Below, one piece after another: positions 10,401-18,980 of a stretch of 64,000 nucleotides of DNA. The stretch spans positions 11,505,571-11,569,570 of the forward strand of contig CAJINV010000001.1 of assembly GCA_905178155.1 (NCBI GenBank). The letters run 5' to 3'. Origin of the DNA: Amoebophrya sp. A120 (taxonomy: Eukaryota > Protista > Dinoflagellata). Position 1 is the stretch's first letter. Every line of letters starts with the position of its first letter. The translations under genes and the position numbers were made by a program. The notes under the pieces are model-generated. The model saw only the letters and a list, made by a program, of their open reading frames with translations, was not told the DNA's origin and searched no databases.

Positions 10401-12638
10401 CGATTCTTCTTCAGCACTGTTGGCACGGTCGACATGCTGCGGCACATGTTCTCTTTCATTTTCTACAGCTTGGTCGACGTTCAGATGAACCACACCAGTT
10501 TCATTCCGATGACCGACATCGATGTCGGGTGGAACCCGCTCCGTGGTGCCCTCATCGTTAACTACGGTGCCTGTGGTTGCACTAGACTCGTCCTCGCCTT
10601 CTTCCATGGTCGGATCGCAAGTGTCAGTCATGTCCTCTGCTGCTGTAGAATACATCACTTCCTCCTCCTTCAAGGTTTCCGGATCGGGCAAAAGTTCGTC
10701 TTCTTCATCTTGTCCACCGAGCGTGGCGGCGGCGTCGTCGTAGTAGGTCATGCCTTTTGTCTCGTCTGCTTCCTGGTCTGCTTCCTCGCCCATTTTCTGT
10801 CCATCCGCCGAAAAAGAACTTGCAGGCACATCACCGACTCCTTGTTCTTCTAGGGCCGCCCCTTCGCTGTCTCCTCTCGCATCAGCTGGAGGTCCTTCGT
10901 TTTGCATTTTCTGTGCGGCTGCTTTATCATTTTCGAGCGCTGTTAGCGATTCTAGATCTTCTTTTCCGGTTGTTTCCGATGATGCAGCATCTCGCTTCGT
11001 CGGCGCGATGGAAACTTCGTGCTGCGTCGTGGACGAAAGCAAAGAAGAACGACCGCGCGGACGAGCCGGAGGTTCTTTTGAACCTGCTCGTTTCGTTAGG
11101 TGCTGCTCAGCTATTGTGATGTTGCTTCTGGTCCGATTCGTGGCCTTTGCGTCCGCTGGATTGTTTCCCTGCGCGAAAGCAGAAGAGCCGGTACCACCGT
11201 GCGCTGAATTTGCGGCCGCAGGCCCCGGTGGTTTGCCACCTCGCGCGGCCGTAACAGTTCCTACAGCCCGGCCTGTGACACCCGCAGTGGCGGCTCCCTT
11301 CTTCCCACGGCACTTTGAAGATGCTGGCACACCACCTCCAGTCGTGGCTGCAGAGTTGCCCTTGCCTGATGTCCCCGCACTGCTGGAATTGGTCATGCGA
11401 GTCGAGGAAACTGGTGCCGGGTCGATTTCTGCTAGAATCGCGCCCTTCTTCATTCCTTTCCCCGCTTTCCCGGCAGTGCCACCTCCTGTCGTCGCGGGAG
11501 AGGCCATTGCGACCGGTCTTTTTTTCAGGTTGGTGGGCTGCTGTACCGAACTACTTGCGATGACGAAACCAGCGCCAGCGGCGCCGCCGGGCACCGGCGT
11601 CGGTCGGAACGGTTGAGCACCTTTCCCCTTTCCTTTACCCAACTTGCCCTTATGATTCGCAGGATGGACTGGGGGGCCCTCGACCGTCGCAGTCCCAATT
11701 TTCTCTATTTGCGCCGCCGCAGGCGGAGATTTTATTTCCCCTTTCGCTTTCCTTGCTTTCGGAGACACGGAATGCTCCGCACCTCCTGTTGGCGACCATG
11801 CATCGCCCAGCCGCGGCGAACTTGCCTGTCCAGGGCTGCCGGGCAGTGGCGGAAGCGTAGTTTGCTCTTCCCTGCGTCGCGGCTTGTTGCGCGAAGACTC
11901 TGGGTAGAGCGAGGACGTGGACACAAAAGATCGTACCACCGGCCGCTCCACCGCGAGGTGTTCCCCATTTTGGTGTGACGGACTCGAACTTGAAACTTCG
12001 TCAAAACTGATGCTGCGTTTCGTCACCGGAAACGGTTCTGCGATTGTATGAGGATGCTGAGCTACTTGAGCATTTGTTGCATGCGACGATCCACTACCGT
12101 CGACGAGAATACCCGGGCTATCTGCTCGCCCCTGCAAGGCATTTTGCAACTCCTCTCCGAGCCGCCTTTCTTCGAGCTCGATTTCGATTTGCCGTTTCAG
12201 CCGAAGTCTGTGTTCGTTCTGGTCGTCCGGTACAATCTGCGCCAGAAGTTCGCGTATCAACTGTAAAAATGTCATCTGGGTCTGGAAGGTCACAACCTGT
12301 GATGCTGTCTGTGGATTCTATAAAAAATTTGCATTGCATGACCAGCAAGAGGGGTCGGGTTTATCCTACGCGGAGAGGGCATTTCTCATGCGGTAGAGGT
12401 ATCACAAAGCCCTCTCAAAATCTAATCTGTGATGCTGCGGCATGCATTACAGCCATCATGGCTCATGGAAAATATGCACGACAAATGAAATCTTCCAGAC
12501 CCGGACATTTTTGCATGTGATATCACGCAGCTCCGTCGTGGTTTGATCGTAGATGTCAACGTCGCAGACCTGATCCTCATCATCGCTCTCGTCGTCGTCT
12601 TCGACAATCTCCCGCACGGGCCGGTAGGCCGTTGTCAT
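7483..12638 (-). CDS. Tubulin-tyrosine ligase-like (TTLL) glutamylase with ~1000-aa low-complexity N-terminus; 3 exons
   Basis: Motifs VNHFPG, KPAKSSRGRGI, QQYVSNPLLLEGYKWDLRLYVLV, HLTN, FE(I)FGYD, EVNSSPS. GT-AG intron at 7965..8113. TIR element at 12255..12522; removing it plus one TSD gives TTTELRELLAQIV. The Arg in SSRGRG resembles initiating glutamylases (TTLL4/5 type). Confidence 0.9.
12255..12522. mobile_element. Introner/MITE-like element copy 1 (268 bp), in TTLL coding sequence
   Basis: Ends TATCAACTGTAAAAATGTCatCTGGGTCTGGAAG ... CTTCCAGACCCGGACATTTTTGCATGTGATA. Flanked by TCGCG/TCACG (5-bp TSD, 1 mismatch). Interior matches copies 2 and 3 as the reverse complement. Confidence 0.9.
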
Positions 12639-13278
12639 GTTGGCCACGAGGAAAGCCAACGCGAGGACCTGCTACAAGAACTGCAGCTTCACAAATCACA
12701 GGGCGCGCAATAGTAAACTGTGGAAAACAATGCCGACATGCAGATATGAGGGCAATTCCAGATCCAGTTGTGTATGTTGCTTTCGTTTCGTTCCTTCCAT
12801 GTGGTATCCCTAAACCCGAGCGGCCCGTTGGACCGCGCCGTTGGGGCTGGGTAAAGCGTCCTGGGCCTACCTCCCAAAACCGAGGCCCAGCACGCCTCAC
12901 CACCACCTTGCCAAACAGGGCAAGACCCCTCAGAACCCCACAGCAGGTGGTTGAATGAGGGGAGACCCAGCCCCGCCCCAATTGCCCTCGGCAAGGCCCT
13001 ACGCCGAAGTGGAACAAACGAAATCCCAAAGCGAGGGACAAGTAGACACGGGAAGAAACCCAAACAAAACCGCCAGTGGTAGAAGTGGGAACACTGTTTT
13101 CTGAGTGGGATCACATGACAAGCCTGGGCCCGCGAAGCAGTAAATCGCATACCCAAAGGTGGAAAATGTATTTGAAGAAGAGACGTCATACCGTCCAGAA
13201 ACATCTGCACACTGAGTCCACAGGCGGATCTCAAAACAAAAGGGTACAGGGCAAGCGCAAAAAACATCGCGGAGTGGC

Positions 13279-15609
13279 TCAAACTTGAGCCAGCAACTCC
13301 TCAGCCGGAATAGAATCCAGCAGCTCACAAGGATCTTCAAGCGGGGTCGCCACCGTGGTCAGGAACCTCTGAATCTCATCCCCCAAAGCGACACAGGAAT
13401 GAAGCTGCACCCTAGCCACCCGACAGAACTGCGCCCAAAGTGCATCGCGGGTAGTCGCGTCAGCAACATTTTCCCCGGAGGGGAGCCACTCGAAGTACGG
13501 CACTATGGCAAAACGGGCACACAAACTCCAAAATAAAGCCGCTACCACCGACAGGTGAGCGCGCTCGCCCGATCGACTCCGCAAAACCCCCACCGCAGTG
13601 GTGTTGTCCAGAAAGAATACGACCCGCTTGTGCGACAAGGTCGGGCCCCAGAGCATCAACAGAATGACCGGTGTAAAACTCTCCAACACGTTGATCGGGA
13701 AAGACCCCCAAGAGGCGGATGGAAAATTATCCGCCCGCGAGACCGGGTGGCGGAACGCCTGGAAGGCACCCTCCTGCAGAAGACGGACCCCGCCGAGAAT
13801 ACCTCGCCCCCGCTTCCAACTCGCGTCCGAGTAGCACACCTCCACCGGGAGGCCCACTCGTAAGAAGGAAATCGGAGGAAGGACCGGGAGGCAGGCCGCC
13901 ATGAAGCGTAAGCTCGCCGCACAACCGGAACCCAAGGGAAGGCAGGTGGCGCGAGAATGAAACAAACCTCCACGCCGAAAGACCGGCTTCAGCAAGCCAT
14001 TTAGACGCCGGCCCACCAGCAGTGAGAAGGGGAAAAGGAACTTCCCGGAAAGGGTGGAAGCCCGCGCGGGACTGAGCTCCCCCGCCCCCAAGACTTCAAC
14101 CAGGGCCGCCCGAAGGGTGGCGCGCTTCACTTCCGACAACTGCATCGTGGGAGGCGATTGCGACACGTCAAAATCCAAGCCCAAAACCCGCAAAGCGGTG
14201 CGCCCCCACTTGACCTTCTTCGGCTTCCAAGGAAAACCCAAAACCTCCAACATGTACACAATGGCGCGCATCAGGAGACGGCGAACCCTGCGGGGCGCCG
14301 TGCCGGTCATATCATCTATATAGATGATCAAGGCCACGCAGAAAAGCCACCGAACGCAGAAGGCCAGAAACTGCCCAACAATCAACCACTCCGTAACGGA
14401 GTGAATGTTCCCAAACAGGAGCGTGAGGCCGCGGAAGGCTTTGTAGGCCTTCGCCTTGGGGTCGAAAACCCCGATCCAGTTCGTCGCGCTCCCCGCCTTC
14501 GAAATGCTTACATTCTTGTAAGCGTTGGCAATGTCGATAACCCACTGGCAGAGCCCCGCACCCTCAGGGTCCGCACCATCCTCCGCTGCGTCGAAGTTCG
14601 GTATGTGGTCCAAAGCCGCCCAAGCAACCTCCCGCCAGCCCGGGTCGGACGGGCGGGCATCCGGGAAAGGATCAAAATCATACTCTTCACAGGCCAGGGG
14701 GTCTGCCCGGTTGCCCCCTTGGTCAAACACCCGCAAATCCCGCCAGAAGTCAACCCGCGGCGGGCCGCCTTCTTCTAGTAAAATCGCCGAGCTCGAAGCA
14801 AGGGCGAGAGCATGATGAACCGACGGAATCGGCATCGACGACGAGATGTCGGAGCAAACATTCAAAGGCACACCATTGTCGCAGAGGCGGATCTTGTCCG
14901 CCTCATGGTGTGCAAAACGAGTCAGAAGGATGCGCGCCCCCTTTTCCCAAGCTTCGTCCAGGGTAAAAGGACCCTGGAGCCAGCCGTCCTCGGTTTCTTG
15001 GATTGTAGTATCCCAGCAGTGCTTGACATCTTCACCCGGCATCCACGATGAGCTGCGCTGCCGCAGGCGCGAAATATTTTCCGCACCCTCAACCGAGGCT
15101 GCTAGGTCCCCCGAACCGGAGCCGGTAGTTGGGGCCGGGGGCAAACGTCCACCCTCCGACGCCTTCATGAGTTTCGACGGCCAAAAGTCTTGAGCCGCAG
15201 TGGGGCCGACCGATTCCCCCCCGGAAGCTAAAACCCGCCATACATGCGAGAAACCCGAAAAAGCAGACTCTCTGCCAATCTTCTCAATAACCCCGAAGTT
15301 GAACTTCGACCGGATTGGCCTGGTATCCTTCCAACCACCTGCCAAGACCTGCTCCGAGCGAGAGACGGTCGCTGGGTCCGCCCGGGCACAGGCCAGCCAG
15401 TAAACGCCCGCCAGAATCCGGTCCGAGAAATCCCCAAAGGACGAGCTGTGGCCTTCGCGCAGGCACTGTTCGTTGTGCCGCGAGATCAGTCGCCGACCCG
15501 AAAAGGCCGGGTGGCTCCTGTCCTGCGACAAACCTGGTAGAAACCTGTCCCGGTCCCGCTGGACCCGAGAGAGAAAGGCAGAAACCTTGTCAGCCGGCGA
15601 GGACTCCAT
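13279..15609 (-). CDS. Reverse transcriptase-RNase H of YR retroelement
   Basis: KIRLCDN, DIANAYKN, LLFGNIHSV, YIDD catalytic motif, LRVLGLDFD. RNase H motifs YSDASW, INVLE, FLDNTTA, NVADATTR. Confidence 0.93.
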   Translation of the reverse strand: MESSPADKVSAFLSRVQRDRDRFLPGLSQDRSHPAFSGRRLISRHNEQCLREGHSSSFGDFSDRILAGVYWLACARADPATVSRSEQVLAGGWKDTRPIRSKFNFGVIEKIGRESAFSGFSHVWRVLASGGESVGPTAAQDFWPSKLMKASEGGRLPPAPTTGSGSGDLAASVEGAENISRLRQRSSSWMPGEDVKHCWDTTIQETEDGWLQGPFTLDEAWEKGARILLTRFAHHEADKIRLCDNGVPLNVCSDISSSMPIPSVHHALALASSSAILLEEGGPPRVDFWRDLRVFDQGGNRADPLACEEYDFDPFPDARPSDPGWREVAWAALDHIPNFDAAEDGADPEGAGLCQWVIDIANAYKNVSISKAGSATNWIGVFDPKAKAYKAFRGLTLLFGNIHSVTEWLIVGQFLAFCVRWLFCVALIIYIDDMTGTAPRRVRRLLMRAIVYMLEVLGFPWKPKKVKWGRTALRVLGLDFDVSQSPPTMQLSEVKRATLRAALVEVLGAGELSPARASTLSGKFLFPFSLLVGRRLNGLLKPVFRRGGLFHSRATCLPLGSGCAASLRFMAACLPVLPPISFLRVGLPVEVCYSDASWKRGRGILGGVRLLQEGAFQAFRHPVSRADNFPSASWGSFPINVLESFTPVILLMLWGPTLSHKRVVFFLDNTTAVGVLRSRSGERAHLSVVAALFWSLCARFAIVPYFEWLPSGENVADATTRDALWAQFCRVARVQLHSCVALGDEIQRFLTTVATPLEDPCELLDSIPAEELLAQV

Positions 15610-16448
15610 TCTGATGCTGCACTACGCTGGCGAGCGCGACTCTGTGAAACGGAAGTAAAATTCTCCCTCAAAGGAAAAAGGCGAAACCGTCGCTCGCGAC
15701 GGTTCCACAGTAGAGTGTGGGGGGTGGGCCCAGATAGCACCCACACCCTGTGGTGTAAGCGACAAGAGAAAAACCACCAGAATGTGAAAAACAAGAAAAG
15801 CGAGTGTACTAAGTAGCCAACCTGGGCGCGGTCTCGTGTCAGCACGGGAACTGAGGGGTGAGAAGAGCATGAGCATAACGATCACAAAGTACCGCGCCGC
15901 CAAGGAGGTGAGTTTGCAAGGGTAACGGATTGGTTACCGCCAGTGCCAAACAACCCTCATCCCCGTGGCAACACGAGACCGACCGCTGAGCATGTCTATG
16001 CTACACAATGAAAGACAACCCACGGGGGGTGAAGAGCCACTCTCCTCTCGACCGAAGGTTAACAGCTCACAAACACCTCGTGAGCACAACTACCACTCCG
16101 ATCTCGGAATCTAACCGGCATCTACACCTAATCAACAGAGACGGAATGCAGGGAGCAATGTAGACCGAGGGCAACAAAGGGAACACCCCGCGAGCCTGGC
16201 CACGCCAGACCGCGAAATAAGTACCAGGCCAAGGGGGCCCGGAACGTTTCTAATTTCCACTCACAACAATCACACTCACATCTTGTTCTCACAACAGAGC
16301 AAAGCTTTCGCTAGGAGCTAAAATCCAAGAGCAACCAGGCCAGCATGGATTTGTTCATGTAGGAGTAGTAAAAAGCAACACGCCGACGGACCCACTTGGC
16401 CGAAGGCGAGGGCCAACCTCTAAAACTAAACTGCACATGCTGCAGTGC

Positions 16449-17591
16449 CTACTTCGGAGGCGCTTGCGCGTCCCCTCTCAAATCTTTTATCACAAAGGGA
16501 GACCGCAACACGTGCGGGAATCTGCAGCTGCTTCCGCGATTACAGCGGCCACGAAGAAAGTCGTGGCAAACAATCCCCACGTTGGAAGTAGTAGCCAAAA
16601 TTTCTTCACCTCTCACCGGATCCCAGACCTTAGGGATTCCGGAGGAAGAAGCACGCCCGGGCGGGGCAGGACCCGGACCCGGGGGACGTGGAGCGAGTTG
16701 TTTAGGCGGTGCCGGGATCTGTAAAGAGCGAATCTGCCCAACGACACGGGCCCCGAAGCCCTGTGTGCCCCCGCGCACTTCGCCGTTCAGGATATCGCGG
16801 TACTGAGCCGGATCCAGCCGGCGCGACTCCCCCAGGGCAGTCAAATCATGAAACTCCGCCTCTGAAACCAGGTCGGAGTTCCGGAGCACTTTATGTGTGT
16901 TGCGAATCAGCATAACGTTAGTGGTAGGCGACCCCTTTTCGGCTTTGTAGTAGGACGCCAGATCCTCGAGCGGCAACCTAGCATCAATCTTCGCTCGTAC
17001 CCCGTAAGCCTGTTCAGTGAAATGGTCTGCAAAGAAAATCCCGAAGCGAGTCGTCTGCGCGGTTCTATGTTTAGGCGCGGACGACAAAATCATCTTCACT
17101 TCGGCCCGCTCCGAAGCATTGAGGGCCTTGATGCCCTTAAGCGCCTTGATCTCCACGCTACTGCAGATGTGGAGCGACCTAACACCGTTGTAGTCCAGCA
17201 CAGCTCGTGCCAGGCTCTCCGCGGGCACATCTACCGAGGACAGCGAATCAAGTGGGGAAGGCTCCCGCTGGTGCGCTAATAATTCGGATCGCGAGATCCC
17301 AAAGGCCTCGACCTCACTGTCACTAAAATCTTGCACGGCCTTCCGCTTCTTCACCGGGGGCGGGCCCTTGCGGGCCGGACCCGCCTCGCCCTCTTCCTCC
17401 GCGAGAAGAGCAGCGCAAATCTCATCTTCTTCAACTTCGGGGGCCGCCATCGGCGGGGCTTTCACTTTCGCAAACGGTTTAGCGACCGCCTTAACCGCTT
17501 TCGCCTTGTGGGGCGGCGCCTTCCCCTTGGGCTTGGCCGGAGCTTTAGCTTTGGCCGGGTGCTTCGCCTTTGCTTTTGCTTTCGCGGGCAT
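16449..17591 (-). CDS. Gag-like nucleic-acid-binding protein with C-terminal CCCH zinc finger
   Basis: K/A/P-rich N-terminus, acidic patch, PPVKKRK NLS-like motif, and CHDFLRGRCNRGSSCRFPH (C-x7-C-x5-C-x3-H). Lies between YR and RT. Confidence 0.75.
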   Translation of the reverse strand: MPAKAKAKAKHPAKAKAPAKPKGKAPPHKAKAVKAVAKPFAKVKAPPMAAPEVEEDEICAALLAEEEGEAGPARKGPPPVKKRKAVQDFSDSEVEAFGISRSELLAHQREPSPLDSLSSVDVPAESLARAVLDYNGVRSLHICSSVEIKALKGIKALNASERAEVKMILSSAPKHRTAQTTRFGIFFADHFTEQAYGVRAKIDARLPLEDLASYYKAEKGSPTTNVMLIRNTHKVLRNSDLVSEAEFHDLTALGESRRLDPAQYRDILNGEVRGGTQGFGARVVGQIRSLQIPAPPKQLAPRPPGPGPAPPGRASSSGIPKVWDPVRGEEILATTSNVGIVCHDFLRGRCNRGSSCRFPHVLRSPFVIKDLRGDAQAPPK

Positions 17592-18077
17592 CTTGTATCT
17601 GAACCTAAAAGCGATGCTCAATGTGAGTGTGAATGTGAACTAAGTGGCAAGATACACTTGCTCGTATCTAACGTGGTCCCCTGTACGTGGAAAATAAGCG
17701 AGAAGAAACCGGTCTGAACCCAAAGTGGGAGGGGGGGGGAGGGCCCAGATCCCATTTACAAGCAGCGTCTCCTGCTGCGATCAAAGATTTTCCCATACCG
17801 ACCTAAACATACTCAACCACTCGCATTTCGTATCTGTCAAGAAAAATCGGGCTAGCCCTGGGCTCAAGATCTGACAGATTTTAGATTTGGGACCAACAAA
17901 TTTATGTAGCAACAATTTCCGAGCGACTCGTGCACGAAATAGAACAGACCGCCACTGGACAAAAGTGAAGCAAATATATTTCTGCGCTATGCGGACTCTG
18001 GTTTTTTAGAAAACGATTTGGAAGTTTCCAGCTGTGCAGTGCCTGTAGCTCGAGCTGAAACATAATGCACCAGGCGT

Positions 18078-18980
18078 TCACTCCAGGTCGTCCTCCTCCG
18101 GAGACCAGCAGCATAGAAGCTGCTGCTCCTGGTCAGAGAATCGCGCAAAGTCATCACTGTATTCGAAAAAGGACAGGCTCCTAGCCTGAAGAGACCAGCC
18201 CTGCCTATTGGAGACCACCGCCACAAGCTTTTGCCGAGCTTTGGCGGCTTTCTTCCTATTCCATGCTAAGCGCGACGTGATCGCACACGTACGACGTGGC
18301 CCATGGCCACTCGTCTCGGCTAGCCTACAGGCAGACATGAACTCGCACTTCGATATCGGAAACAACGTGGCCCAGTTCTCAACTGAGCACACCGGGCAAA
18401 CATTCACCCGGCTCTTCTTACACATGCAGAGCACCTCCATGCGGCGTAGCTGCGAGGTTTTGTCCTTGCGGACCATCAAAGCTGCTGACCGGGTCACACC
18501 TCCCTGCCTACGCAGGAAGACCTGCGAGCGGCTAATCGCCGTCAGGGTGTCGCCACGGATCCCTAGCGCCGAGGCCACTACTAAAATTTCTTTCTCCCGC
18601 TGTGTCATACGGCCCAGGGAAGCCAAAAAGATGGGCGTTGCCTTCTTCGGTTGAAGGTTCTGCGATTTCAAGTACCGGCCGATTGCCCGCTGCAGACCGA
18701 GGAGCTGCCGGGGGAATAAAATGTTTTTAATTCTTCCCGCCTCCCCTTCTAGCGTCACTGCTGAAGACAGGTAACCCGCCGCAGAGGTAAACCCCTGGGC
18801 CAAAAGAAAAGCGGCAAACTGTCGAAAATCCGCAATCCCAACTTCCCGGGCCTGCTCCAGGCCTTTCTGCACTTTGAACGCCTGCCATGCTCTTGCGTGA
18901 GAAGATTGCGGAGAACGTGTCCCGAAGACACTGGGCGCTGGCCCTCTAAATGAATACGTATGCGGGCGGCCCCGAGCCAT
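18078..18980 (-). CDS. Tyrosine recombinase of YR retroelement
   Basis: Catalytic residues in order: LGIRGD (R), KDKT (K), HGPRR (HxxR), QGW (W), FFEY (Y). N-terminal core-binding-like segment (WQAF...FAAFL...GYLS). Confidence 0.85.
   Translation of the reverse strand: MARGRPHTYSFRGPAPSVFGTRSPQSSHARAWQAFKVQKGLEQAREVGIADFRQFAAFLLAQGFTSAAGYLSSAVTLEGEAGRIKNILFPRQLLGLQRAIGRYLKSQNLQPKKATPIFLASLGRMTQREKEILVVASALGIRGDTLTAISRSQVFLRRQGGVTRSAALMVRKDKTSQLRRMEVLCMCKKSRVNVCPVCSVENWATLFPISKCEFMSACRLAETSGHGPRRTCAITSRLAWNRKKAAKARQKLVAVVSNRQGWSLQARSLSFFEYSDDFARFSDQEQQLLCCWSPEEDDLE

Noticed and set aside
12808-12817. CCCTAAACCC telomere-like unit near the retroelement end (TATE-like targeting?)
   Set aside because: Only about one and a half units, with no array on either flank.
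12689-13282. 197-aa minus-strand ORF directly after RT
   Set aside because: TTG start, no motifs, runs beyond the apparent element end into the TTLL 5' region.
17852-17868. TAGCCCTGGGCTCAAG resembles the dinoflagellate spliced leader 3' end (TAGCCATTTTGGCTCAAG)
   Set aside because: Antisense to all genes, gapped match, only 8 contiguous identical bases at the 3' end; chance is likely.
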